NCBI GenBank assembly: GCA_028824125.1
Contig: JAPPES010000080.1
Span: forward strand, 580-64,579
From: Candidatus Poribacteria bacterium
GTDB lineage: Bacteria; Poribacteria; WGA-4E; WGA-3G
Direction of reading: 5' to 3'
Length of the DNA stretch: 64,000 nt
This document shows positions 45,583-54,265 of this stretch, piece after piece; position 1 is the stretch's first letter; the number at the start of each line of letters is the position of its first letter. The position numbers and the translations under genes were made by a program. Under the pieces are notes generated by a model. That model did not search any database. It had not been told where the DNA came from and saw nothing but the letters and a program-made list of their open reading frames with translations.

Positions 45583-46872
45583 TTATGCTGCTTTGGCAAT
45601 ATTAGCGCGGGTACCATTGACATCAAAGCATGCGTACTGATTTGTGTGCATAATCTGCGTAGCAAAGGTCATCGCTTGTTTTTCGGTAAGATATCCGTCT
45701 GCAATTTCTGCTTCAAGCGCACGTCGGATTTCGTTTCGTGCTTGAATAGCGTACGCCATTGCACTTGTGGGCCACCCTGTGTCGCCGCCAAATGCGAATA
45801 ATTTGTTTGATGGCACAGCATGAATGCACCGTCGCAGAAAATCACGCGAGCTATATGGATCTATACTCCATGCCCAGCAAAAGTCGACCCAGATGTTGCG
45901 ATAATGCTTCGCAAGTGCTACTAATTCATCATTGTAAGGATAGGAGATGTGCATCAGGACGAACTTTGCATCCAGATAGCGAGCGAATAAGGCGCACATA
46001 TTGCCAGCGGGGATACGGCGGACCGGCATTCGGTCATTGCCTGCATAGTAGCCGGTGTGGATCTTGAACGGAAGATTATGTTCAATTGTGAGTTCAACGC
46101 CGCGTGCCCAACACCAATCGCCAAGGCATAGGCGCGTCGCTTCATCAATCTCCTCTGCCGGTTTTGTTAGCACAGCATTGAGTGCTGTGGACGCATCGGT
46201 ATCACTCCGTTGAATCCAGTTAAGTGTGCGGTTGTAAGCGTGTTGCGCTTTCACCGCGATTGCGCAGGGAGCATGTTTAGCGAAAATCGCCTCCATGCCG
46301 CTTTTCAACGAGGTAAGGTCTTTGACTTCAACCCCTGTTTCAGCATGGATAGCACTCGGATTAACTTGCCCATTGCAGAAAGTTGCCCACGAAAGGTCGT
46401 ATAAGAAAAAATCGGGACCGGAGGTGTCGGGAGTACACGGCCAACTAAAATCATCCGTTTGGATATGATCGAGTTTCGCAAGATCGTGTAGGATATGATA
46501 GCGTTTACCTGGGGTGCGAATTGTTTTCAATTTATCTTGTGCTTGCGCGAGTCCATCACCAGTTAGTTCGTCAAGTCCATAGATATGTTTAGCAATAAGG
46601 CTGACTGCTTCGCCGTACCCCGTAAATTGTGTCGCTTCCCATGCTTCTCGGACACCTTCAAACCGTGGCTTGATATCTTTAGATGAATCCATTAAATCAC
46701 GCATCGCTTCAGGGGTAGCACCTGCAGTATGAAGGTCAGCAGGCACATAATTCCCGAACAGATCCTGTAAGATATCAGGACCATTTTCAACCCAGTCATT
46801 TTCACGTCGCATGTGTTCATGTGTATCAACTAAACGGATAGATTGAATATGATGTGTCAAATCTGTTGCCAT
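45583..46872 (-). CDS. Metal-dependent TIM-barrel amidohydrolase-family protein (amidohydrolase-2-like), function unknown
   Basis: ...IRLVDTHEHM... is the N-terminal DxHxH metal motif. 429 aa from ATG 46872 (MATDLTH), which has an AAGGAGA RBS 7 nt upstream. The track start 46896 would lie inside the MITE family 4 copy. Confidence 0.6.
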   Translation of the reverse strand: MATDLTHHIQSIRLVDTHEHMRRENDWVENGPDILQDLFGNYVPADLHTAGATPEAMRDLMDSSKDIKPRFEGVREAWEATQFTGYGEAVSLIAKHIYGLDELTGDGLAQAQDKLKTIRTPGKRYHILHDLAKLDHIQTDDFSWPCTPDTSGPDFFLYDLSWATFCNGQVNPSAIHAETGVEVKDLTSLKSGMEAIFAKHAPCAIAVKAQHAYNRTLNWIQRSDTDASTALNAVLTKPAEEIDEATRLCLGDWCWARGVELTIEHNLPFKIHTGYYAGNDRMPVRRIPAGNMCALFARYLDAKFVLMHISYPYNDELVALAKHYRNIWVDFCWAWSIDPYSSRDFLRRCIHAVPSNKLFAFGGDTGWPTSAMAYAIQARNEIRRALEAEIADGYLTEKQAMTFATQIMHTNQYACFDVNGTRANIAKAA

Positions 46873-46889
46873 ATAAATTCTCCTTATGT

Positions 46890-47043
46890 AACCCAAGTTG
46901 CCACCTATTTGCGAATGCTCTTGTCCGAGGGGTTTCTAACCCGGATGTATAACAGAAAACATAAGTATCAGCGGAAATGCCTTGTTTTTTGAGTAAAAAG
47001 CAGTGTCCGCCATCTCGAAATCTTGTCCGTAGCAACTTAGGTT
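46890..47043. mobile_element. MITE family 4 copy abutting the RBS of the amidohydrolase gene
   Basis: aacccaagttgccacctatttgcgaatgctcttgtccgaggggtttctaacccggatg...tccgtagcaacttaggtt. Confidence 0.75.
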
Positions 47044-47184
47044 TATGTAGATTTTTTGGATAGTAGGCGTTAATAGTCGTTAGTTTGTTGTTTCGTAAGA
47101 TGCAGCGGCACGGGCAAAGTAGAAAGGTGTTTTCACTAAAATGCTTGAAAATATGAACAAATTGTGTAAAATAGAAAATCATAC

Positions 47185-47222
47185 TTGACAAATACATTAG
47201 ATTATGATGTACTATAGTATAC
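47185..47222 (+). promoter_or_regulatory. Promoter candidate (TTGACA ... TATAGT/TATACT) with a ~340-nt structured leader upstream of the CSD-Hfq-like gene
   Basis: ttgaca at 47185-47190. Several -10-like hexamers lie 17-25 nt downstream. The leader contains the stem cgccaaat-N11-atttggcg (47291-47317) and the related dyad ccaaacgcgtattggcgttt. Confidence 0.3.
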
Positions 47223-47567
47223 TTTGGAATGTTTCCCTGTTTCAGCGAGATTGATACAGTGAGTTGTAGGTCGGGTAGAGCTTGCAAAACCCGCCAAATG
47301 CCATACGCGTATTTGGCGTTGATTTGGACAAATACCAAACGCGTATTGGCGTTTAGGTCTAATATTCAAAACGGTTATATTTACATTATAGAGAAAAAGT
47401 GTTGTTATGTCAAAGGAAACGTCCAATTCAGCTGCGAAGCAAATTTTCGTGGCGTACCATTTTGTTGTTGCCCTTTTTGAGGTAACCGCAATCATAAATG
47501 CTCGCGCGCAGGGGCGCGAATGGTCATAGGCATCTTCCCGATGCGGAGGAAAAGCCAGGAGCAGATA

Positions 47568-48503
47568 ATGCCTACAGGACGAATTAAATACTACAATTTG
47601 AATAAAGGATTCGGATTTATTGCACAAGATAGCAGCGAAGAGGATGTTTTTCTACATAATTCCGCGATTAAGTACGCAGAATACGAGGAACTTCGAGTTG
47701 GACAACGAGTCAAGTATACCGTTGTTGAAGGTGAAAAAGGATTAGTTGCTAAAAACGTTGAAGTGTTGTTAACACCGACAGAACGGCGGTGGTTGCGACA
47801 AGGCAAAACTATTATTCCACGTGGCTACTCTGGGTTTCCAGCCCAAAATCAAGATCAGTTTTTTGATGAAGATGAAGCAGCCGACGAGAACTCAGAGACA
47901 AACTCAAAACACACACAAGAACGGTGGCGAAAAAAATCGCAAAAGAGCGATTCCGCACCACAACCTGAAATCGGCACAGAAGGAAAGGAACAAACTTCCA
48001 GACAGCTAAGTTTCGGTGACCTCTATATTCTCAAGCAAATTAATTTTGAAACACCGATGTTCTTTGCACTTTATAACCATGAGCAATTACCTGCTATCGT
48101 GTTGGAAATGACACTTGCTGGATTAACGCTCAGTTGCAACGAGAAAGAAAAAGTCGTGCCGAAAACTGAGATTAAGTATTGTTATAAGGAAGTTGACGCA
48201 GAAAATGTAATGGCACTTCTTCACTATAATGAAGATATTAAAACAAAGCAACTTAAACCTGCACGCTCTCAAGATGAGGTGTACGCAATTGATGCAGAAA
48301 TAGTCCGAGATGCTCGCAGAGACGGGAACACAATCGAAATAATTCTCCGTGAAGGCGAAATTTTCCAGGGGACAGTTGACTGGATCAGTCCGTATGAAAT
48401 CAAAATAGTATTGAAAAACGGTTCTAAGGTCGTTGTTTTTCGACATGCTATTTGCGAATTTTCTGTTGTTGAAGAGGAAAAAATAGATGGAAACACAACC
48501 TGA
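47568..48503 (+). CDS. Cold-shock-domain protein fused to a C-terminal Hfq-like (Sm-fold) domain
   Basis: 311 aa from ATG 47568 (AGGAG RBS). The N-terminus GRIKYYNLNKGFGFIAQDSSEEDVFLHNSAIKYAEYEELRVGQRVKYTVVEGEKGLVAKNVEV is a canonical CspA-type cold-shock domain with RNP1-like GFGFI. The C-terminal 48 aa, TIEIILREGEIFQGTVDWISPYEIKIVLKNGSKVVVFRHAICEFSVV, align with the Hfq Sm1/Sm2 core as I recall it ([43 protein letters not shown]): shared I-x-L-x-x-G-x-x-x-Q-G, LKN, and V-[FY]-[RK]-H-A-I. The middle region (IVLEMTLAGLTLSCNE..KVVPKTEIKYCY) may be a second degenerate Sm-like unit. Confidence 0.65.
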   Translation: MPTGRIKYYNLNKGFGFIAQDSSEEDVFLHNSAIKYAEYEELRVGQRVKYTVVEGEKGLVAKNVEVLLTPTERRWLRQGKTIIPRGYSGFPAQNQDQFFDEDEAADENSETNSKHTQERWRKKSQKSDSAPQPEIGTEGKEQTSRQLSFGDLYILKQINFETPMFFALYNHEQLPAIVLEMTLAGLTLSCNEKEKVVPKTEIKYCYKEVDAENVMALLHYNEDIKTKQLKPARSQDEVYAIDAEIVRDARRDGNTIEIILREGEIFQGTVDWISPYEIKIVLKNGSKVVVFRHAICEFSVVEEEKIDGNTT

Positions 48504-49092
48504 ACATGTCACTGAGCATGTAATGAAGGCGTATCAAGAACTTGTAGCGGAAATAGACCAAGATGTCAAACGGGTTCGTGAAGAATACGGCCGTGTGCCT
48601 TGTCCCACGGATTGTTTTCAATGTTGTCGTAATACTTCAACAATTCCGATTGGCGAAGTAGAAGCACGCGATCTCAAAATTGCTTTGGATGCACTTCCAC
48701 AACAGATACGCGAACATATTCGTCAAAAAGCGCAGCGCACGATTCAGATATTGGAAGCAAAGGGCTATACACCTGAAAATATGGTAAAAGACTCAGGGAT
48801 GGAAGCGATTGAAGCGGTCAAGGGAAAACCTTTTGGCGAATGTCCGATGCTTATCGGTGGGGTGTGTTCTGTTTATGAGCACCGCCCAGTGATTTGCCGT
48901 GTATGGGGTTATCCGATTGATAACGGTAAAGAATTGGCTTGCTGCAAAAAGACTTTCATCGGTCAGCATAAAAACTATAAACCTGTGAAATATGCAGATT
49001 ATTGGCAGCGGTGTAAAAAACTTAGCGAGGCACTCGGTGCTGTTCAGAAAACACCAAACTGTTATTTAGTTATTCAGTTGTTAGGGGCGTAA
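48487..49092 (+). CDS. YkgJ-family cysteine-cluster protein (putative Fe-S/Zn-binding, UPF0153)
   Basis: 201 aa. CPTDCFQCCRN and ...CPMLIGGVCSVYEHRPVICRVWGYP are the CxxCxxCC ... C-x-IY-x-RP-x-CR signatures of YkgJ. It overlaps the CSD-Hfq-like gene by 17 nt, so the two are translationally coupled. Confidence 0.75.
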   Translation: METQPEHVTEHVMKAYQELVAEIDQDVKRVREEYGRVPCPTDCFQCCRNTSTIPIGEVEARDLKIALDALPQQIREHIRQKAQRTIQILEAKGYTPENMVKDSGMEAIEAVKGKPFGECPMLIGGVCSVYEHRPVICRVWGYPIDNGKELACCKKTFIGQHKNYKPVKYADYWQRCKKLSEALGAVQKTPNCYLVIQLLGA

Positions 49093-49107
49093 TGCGGATT
49101 GAACGCG

Positions 49108-49228
49108 ATTTATAGTAAAATCTAAAAATATGTTTACATTTCAATCAACAACAATCTCTACACACGCTCTCGCTGGCGAGGTTTCCTAACCTCGCGAACG
49201 TAAAGGTAATTGTGGATTTTACTATAAC
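49108..49228. mobile_element. MITE family 3 copy
   Basis: tttatagtaaaatctaaaaatatgtttacatttcaatcaacaacaatctctacacacgctctcgctggcgaggtttcctaacctcgcg...aattgtggattttactata. Confidence 0.7.
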
Positions 49229-49260
49229 TTTGGCAGTTTGAAAGAAGCGAGAAAAGCAAC

Positions 49261-49626
49261 TTAATTAACCTCTGAGTCAGAAAGTTCGCGTAGAAAGGTA
49301 AATGTATAAATTCCAGTCTTGTGTCCATCGCTCCACATTAACTGAATAGCATAACGTCCAACACGTTGAATTCCCACCACATGTAATTTTTCCCAATATT
49401 CTTCCGATGGTATCACTCTAAATGGGTCATTTTCTTGTCTCACCGCATCACATCGCGCACACGGACACCTCTCCCGGAGTAATCGGTATGTGTGTTCACT
49501 CCGATGTCCATCTTTCCATTGAATAGCTAAGCTATGCGGTAAACGTTTGATTTCGGTAGGTTGATATTCCTGCATTTGAAGTCGAACGGGGATGCCAATT
49601 TGCAGCACATTAGACACATGCTTCAA
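49261..49626 (-). CDS. DUF971 (gamma-butyrobetaine hydroxylase N-terminal-like) family protein
   Basis: 121 aa. ...LRERCPCARCD... and ...YAIQLMWSDGHKTGIYTFTFL match the CPCAxC zinc-ribbon-like signature of DUF971. Confidence 0.7.
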   Translation of the reverse strand: MKHVSNVLQIGIPVRLQMQEYQPTEIKRLPHSLAIQWKDGHRSEHTYRLLRERCPCARCDAVRQENDPFRVIPSEEYWEKLHVVGIQRVGRYAIQLMWSDGHKTGIYTFTFLRELSDSEVN

Positions 49627-49787
49627 GTGACAACCTCATGAACGTAGGGTTATTCTAACTTCAATAATACCACATAGACTTATCTTTGTCAAATATTATT
49701 GAGTTCGGAAAAAGTATTTTTGGAATTAGTGTGGTTAGAAACTGCACCCTAAGCGTCAATTGAGTAATCCGCCATCGCGGTAGACAC

Positions 49788-50414
49788 CTACTTTTTTGTG
49801 TGTTTCACCATAGTTTGTGCTTTTTCAAAATCTTCTGGAGTGTTGACGTTGAAAAACGAGAATCCTTCAGCATCATACGTTTTCCAAATTTCTGGAGCGA
49901 GGGCAAAGACATTTGCGCGTTCCTGTAGCGCATGGACGCGCAAGTCAGATTCATTCAGCATCTGTTCAATAATCGGCAAGCAACGTTTTGAATACACAGC
50001 GCACAGTGTTTGGAGAATAATCTGCGCGCCCGCGTTTTTAGCGGAAGATTCTTTGTCCGTCCAGGGCATCACGGCATCGTATTTGCCTAAAGCAGAAACA
50101 AGGTAGGAAAGCAAATTCGGCACTAAAAAAGGATTATCACAACCGACACAAAGGACTGTTTCATGTGAAGCATAACTTAAACCTGCGTGAATCCCGCCTA
50201 ATGCGCCCGCATTTGGAATAATATCCTTGTGCATCGCAATACCAAGATGTGTATATTCATCAGGACTGTTCGTGATAAGCAGGAGTTCATCCGTGATGGG
50301 TTGTATCCGTTGGATAACATGACCGATGATTGTTCGGTTGCCGAGCCGTAGCAGCGCCTTATTCTCACCCATCCGACGACTTTTTCCACCTGCCAAGATA
50401 ACGCCTGTTACCAT
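49788..50414 (-). CDS. mobA: Molybdenum cofactor guanylyltransferase
   Basis: 208 aa. MVTGVILAGGKSRRMGENKALL is the MobA N-terminal GTP-binding LAGGxSxRMG motif. Confidence 0.8.
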   Translation of the reverse strand: MVTGVILAGGKSRRMGENKALLRLGNRTIIGHVIQRIQPITDELLLITNSPDEYTHLGIAMHKDIIPNAGALGGIHAGLSYASHETVLCVGCDNPFLVPNLLSYLVSALGKYDAVMPWTDKESSAKNAGAQIILQTLCAVYSKRCLPIIEQMLNESDLRVHALQERANVFALAPEIWKTYDAEGFSFFNVNTPEDFEKAQTMVKHTKK

Positions 50415-50430
50415 CTATTTTCTTTCTTTT

Positions 50431-50460
50431 TTGTAGCATAAACTTTCCAGTTTGTGCCAC
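50431..50460. repeat. Host palindrome P (TTGTAGCATAAACTTTCCAGTTTGTGCCAC) between the sulfatase stop and mobA start
   Basis: Identical to the copy at 31967-31997. Confidence 0.55.
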
Positions 50461-50463
50461 ATT

Positions 50464-51843
50464 CTAATCAACAAGACTGGGGCCATATCTACTATTCATC
50501 AGAGAACGCAATTCTTCAACAAACTCCTTTTCAGACTCAGCAATATTGTGTAATTCATCTGGATCCTCTTCAAGGTTATACAGTTCCACGAATCCATCAC
50601 TACTGTCTATGAGTTTATGTGTCTGTGTCCGAATGCAAGTGAAATTTCCCAGTCGACTAACCGTTTCTGCACGATGCGTTTCAGTTTCTCCCCGCACCAC
50701 CGGCCCGATTGATTGTCCATCAATATTCTCTAAAATCGGCACTCCTACTAAATCACAAATTGTAGGATTGATGTCAATGAGTTCTACCAACTCATCTGAG
50801 ATACGATTGCCTTCTATTCCCGGTCCTGTTACAATGAGCGGAACCCGCAGCGATGCCTCATAAGCTAAACTTTTGGTATAAAGCCCATGGTCGCCAAGCA
50901 TTTCGCCATGGTCGCTTGAATAGATGATATAGGTGTTTTCAAGCATACCGCGTTCTTCTAATGCACGTAACATGTTACCAATCTGGTCGTCAATCAGTTC
51001 CGTAGCAGCACAATATTGTTGCCGTGTAACCTTAATTTCTTCGGGACTGATATTAATGGTGCGTTTTTTCACCCAGTCCGGTTTGCCTTCCATATTATCT
51101 GTAATAGGAGCAGGCATATCTGCATTGCGATATTTGTTGCCGTATTCCGTGGGCGGATCAAACGGGTCGTGCGGTCCTACAAAACTCACAAATAGGTGCC
51201 ACGGAAAGTCGTCAGGGATATTTTCAATAAACTCAGTTGAACGTCTGCCGATATATGAATCCTCAAAATCCTCAGTCGGAAGCACAGAGTCATAAGAACC
51301 GTTTTTTATCCAACCACCAGAAGAACGGCGATTCCGATAATCTTGATGAAATTTCGCTAACAGTCCTTTTTCTTGTAGATAATGTGTATAGGGGCCAATG
51401 GGTGTTGCGGAGCCGCCAGCATGCATCTTGCCTTCACATTCTTCAGGGTGTGTAAATCCCCAGTTGTAGGTGCGGGGGCGGTCGCCGTATCGACCGTTAT
51501 ATCCATCCGGTTTGGCAAGGTCAAGTTTGCCCACACATCCGACGCGATATCCATGATCTCGGAGCTGCTGATAATATGTTGGGACTGATGTTGGGTAAAA
51601 GCTGCCGTTTCCCAGTGAGCCTAAACGCGAGGGTTGTATTCCCGATGCCAAACCGATCCGTGACGGAGCACAGACTGGAGCATTCACTGTGCAGTTTGGT
51701 AAATTTACGCCCATTTCTGCTAATCTACGTAGGTTCGGTGTGTTGAGCGCATCGGGGGCATTCTCATGCGTTTCCAGATAGTCATATCTGTGCTGGTCTG
51801 ACATGATAAAGAGAATGTTCGGTTTATCAGTTTTTCTGTTCAT
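50464..51843 (-). CDS. Sulfatase (formylglycine-dependent arylsulfatase family)
   Basis: 459 aa. ...NAPVCAPSRIGLASG... is the C-x-P-x-R formylglycine signature. The N-terminal ..ILFIMSDQHR.. metal-binding region fits. No FGE or anSME gene is adjacent. Confidence 0.85.
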   Translation of the reverse strand: MNRKTDKPNILFIMSDQHRYDYLETHENAPDALNTPNLRRLAEMGVNLPNCTVNAPVCAPSRIGLASGIQPSRLGSLGNGSFYPTSVPTYYQQLRDHGYRVGCVGKLDLAKPDGYNGRYGDRPRTYNWGFTHPEECEGKMHAGGSATPIGPYTHYLQEKGLLAKFHQDYRNRRSSGGWIKNGSYDSVLPTEDFEDSYIGRRSTEFIENIPDDFPWHLFVSFVGPHDPFDPPTEYGNKYRNADMPAPITDNMEGKPDWVKKRTINISPEEIKVTRQQYCAATELIDDQIGNMLRALEERGMLENTYIIYSSDHGEMLGDHGLYTKSLAYEASLRVPLIVTGPGIEGNRISDELVELIDINPTICDLVGVPILENIDGQSIGPVVRGETETHRAETVSRLGNFTCIRTQTHKLIDSSDGFVELYNLEEDPDELHNIAESEKEFVEELRSLMNSRYGPSLVD

Positions 51844-52094
51844 ATTTCCTCTTCGTTTTCATGATCTTGTGGTTTTGACGGGCATGTGTGAACATATTTT
51901 GGATTTCACTATAACACATTTACAAAAAAGTCAAGAGGGATATAAATTTTCTTAACTTTGCTGAAAAAAACATATTTCTTCCAAATAGCAAATTCGTTTG
52001 GAGATGCAACTTTTATAACCCAAGTTGCTACCTATAAGTTTTTAGACATGGAAACACCGTCTTTAATGAAAATATGCTGATAATTAGCCAATAT

Positions 52095-52121
52095 TTGTAG
52101 AGCAGACTGTTAGTTTGCGTC
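52095..52121. repeat. Host palindrome P variant (TGTAGAGCAGACTGTTAGTTTGCGTCC)
   Basis: Adjacent to the left flank of the MITE family 1 copy at 52141. Confidence 0.5.
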
Positions 52122-52140
52122 CTCACAGGCACAATCTAAA

Positions 52141-52405
52141 TGAAGATTTAATAAATATTTCGGTAATTTCTTTAGTCCCGTAGGGACGATATGTTTATAG
52201 AAAAACGTTGAACAACTTCTCTTTAGTCCCGTAGGGACGATATGTCCAAAATATGTCGTTGGCGGACACATATCGTCCCTACGGGACTAATGGAATGAGG
52301 TCGTCCGCGCTGCTATAAACATATCGTCCCTACGGGACTGAAGAGTGCTTAAAATGTTCCGAATATGCATAATGAAAATTACCGAATTAATAAATTAATC
52401 TTCAT
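52141..52405. mobile_element. MITE family 1, full-length copy (~265 bp), reverse orientation relative to 14753-15009
   Basis: TIRs tgaagatttaataaatatttcggtaattt / aaattaccgaattaataaattaatcttca. Flanks (ggcacaatctaaa / tatagattgtgctaca) reconstitute a palindrome. Partial family 3 and family 4 termini lie at 51868-51918 and 52016-52040. Confidence 0.75.
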
Positions 52406-52451
52406 ATAGATTGTGCTACAAGGTGGCAACTAATGTTACTTTAGCAAATAA

Positions 52452-53126
52452 TCAGCGCAGAATTCTATAGCGAAAGAGCGTTGTCAATATCTTAACTCCG
52501 GCTTTGAGACTACCAATAAAAGTTCCACTGATTTTTGATGTGCCGATACGTTTGCGATAACTGACTGGTACCTCACGTACATTCATACCCATTTTGGCAG
52601 CTTTAAGTTGCATCTCTATTGTCCACCCAAAGTTTTTATCCTGCATGTTCAATGCTTGGAGTTGTTCAAAACGGATAGCACGAAAGGGACCTAAATCCGT
52701 ATACTGGACACCGAAAAAAATACGCATTAAGAATGTAGCAAGTTTGTTTCCGAACTGTGCCTGTGGTAGCAATGCCCCCTTTTCACTTGGCACACGCGTA
52801 CCGATAACAAACTCTGTGAGACCATCTTGGATCGGTTGCACAAGCGATGGCATCTCTGTTGGGTCATCGCTATAATCACCATCTAAAAAAACAACAATAT
52901 CTGTGGTGTGAATAGCATCGATTCCAGCAAGACATGCACTTCCGTAACCTCTCTGTGGTTCGGTTACAACTTTTGCCCCGTGTTTCAGCGCAATTTCTAC
53001 GGTCCGATCAGTGCATCCGTTGTCAACAACGATAATTTCTTGAACTAATGATTTCGGAATATCGTTAATGACATTCGCAATTGCTTTTTCTTCATTCAAA
53101 ACAGGAATAATGACCGAAACGTTCAT
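52452..53126 (-). CDS. GT2 family glycosyltransferase
   Basis: MNVSVIIPVLNEEKAIANVINDIP...EIIVVDNGCTDRTVEIA...VFLDGDYSDDP gives a GT-A fold with a DxD (DGD) motif. 224 aa from ATG 53126. The track start 53231 overlaps the MoxR gene end. Confidence 0.75.
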   Translation of the reverse strand: MNVSVIIPVLNEEKAIANVINDIPKSLVQEIIVVDNGCTDRTVEIALKHGAKVVTEPQRGYGSACLAGIDAIHTTDIVVFLDGDYSDDPTEMPSLVQPIQDGLTEFVIGTRVPSEKGALLPQAQFGNKLATFLMRIFFGVQYTDLGPFRAIRFEQLQALNMQDKNFGWTIEMQLKAAKMGMNVREVPVSYRKRIGTSKISGTFIGSLKAGVKILTTLFRYRILR

Positions 53127-53184
53127 GATCTTGCGTTCCAAAAATGGAAAACGGAGATAATTTCCGCGTCCTTCGCGTAGAGAA

Positions 53185-54192
53185 TTACATTTTGACCGCG
53201 GGTTCTTGCACTGTTTCAAGGAGACGTTCAATAACTATATCTGTATCAACACCTTCAGCTTCAGCGTGGAAGTTTGTTAGAACTCGGTGGCGCAGGACTG
53301 CCGGCGCAACTGCTTTCACATCTTCGCAAGAAGCATTGTAACGTCCTCTGAGGATAGCTCTGGCTTTCGCACCTAATATCAGGTACTGACCTGCACGTGG
53401 ACCTGCCCCCCATCGCACCCATTGCTGGATAAAATCGGGTGCATCCTTTTCTTTAGGACGGGTTGCCCGTGCAAGTTTTACAGCATATTGAACAACGTTA
53501 TCTGCAGCGGGAACTCTGCGTACGATTTGGTGTAACGCGACAATGGCTTCACCTGAAAGTGCAGTCTCTAATTCGGGTTCATCTGCACCTGTAGTTGCGG
53601 AGATAATATTTACCTCTTCTTCCTCTGCCGGATAGTCTATAACGATTTTGAACATGAACCGGTCAAGTTGCGCCTCAGGCAATGGATATGTGCCTTCCTG
53701 TTCAATTGGATTCTGTGTTGCAAGCACAAAGAAAGGTTCTGTTAGTTGGTATTCTTCTCCACCAGCAGTAACATTATGTTCCTGCATTGCCTCCAGAAGC
53801 GCAGCTTGTGTTTTCGGAGGGGTTCGGTTAATCTCATCGGCAAGAAGGATATTCGCGAAGATAGGTCCTTGAATGAACCGAATCGTTCTATGCCCTGTGG
53901 TGCGGTCCTCCTCAAGCACATCGGTGCCGATAATGTCGGCAGGCATCAAATCCGGTGTGAACTGAATTCGCTTAAACTTAAGATTAAGAATCTGAGCGAG
54001 CGTTTTAATCATTAACGTTTTCGCTAATCCTGGCACACCTTCCACAAGGCAATGCCCACCGGCAAAGAGTGCCATCAACATCTGATTGATCACTTCCTCC
54101 TGACCGATAATCACTTTTTTCAGCTGCTCTACAATTGATTCTTGGCTTTTCATTAACTCTTCAATAGCTTGGACTTCTTCAGTTGCTGGCAT
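53185..54192 (-). CDS. MoxR-family AAA+ ATPase
   Basis: 335 aa. ...[24 protein letters not shown]... (Walker A), ...[24 protein letters not shown]... (Walker B / sensor) are diagnostic of the MoxR/RavA subfamily. Confidence 0.85.
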   Translation of the reverse strand: MPATEEVQAIEELMKSQESIVEQLKKVIIGQEEVINQMLMALFAGGHCLVEGVPGLAKTLMIKTLAQILNLKFKRIQFTPDLMPADIIGTDVLEEDRTTGHRTIRFIQGPIFANILLADEINRTPPKTQAALLEAMQEHNVTAGGEEYQLTEPFFVLATQNPIEQEGTYPLPEAQLDRFMFKIVIDYPAEEEEVNIISATTGADEPELETALSGEAIVALHQIVRRVPAADNVVQYAVKLARATRPKEKDAPDFIQQWVRWGAGPRAGQYLILGAKARAILRGRYNASCEDVKAVAPAVLRHRVLTNFHAEAEGVDTDIVIERLLETVQEPAVKM

Positions 54193-54265
54193 TTACTCAC
54201 TCCTTGTATGAATAATAAAGTAAAAAAATAATATCAACGTTTTCTTTTCGAAAATACGCTGCTAT

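Noticed and set aside
46826-47627. Minus-strand ORFs 46826..47338 and 47202..47627 upstream of the CSD-Hfq gene
   Set aside because: They overlap a MITE-4 copy and the AT-rich structured leader. Composition is non-protein-like. The better explanation is promoter and 5'UTR for the plus-strand gene.
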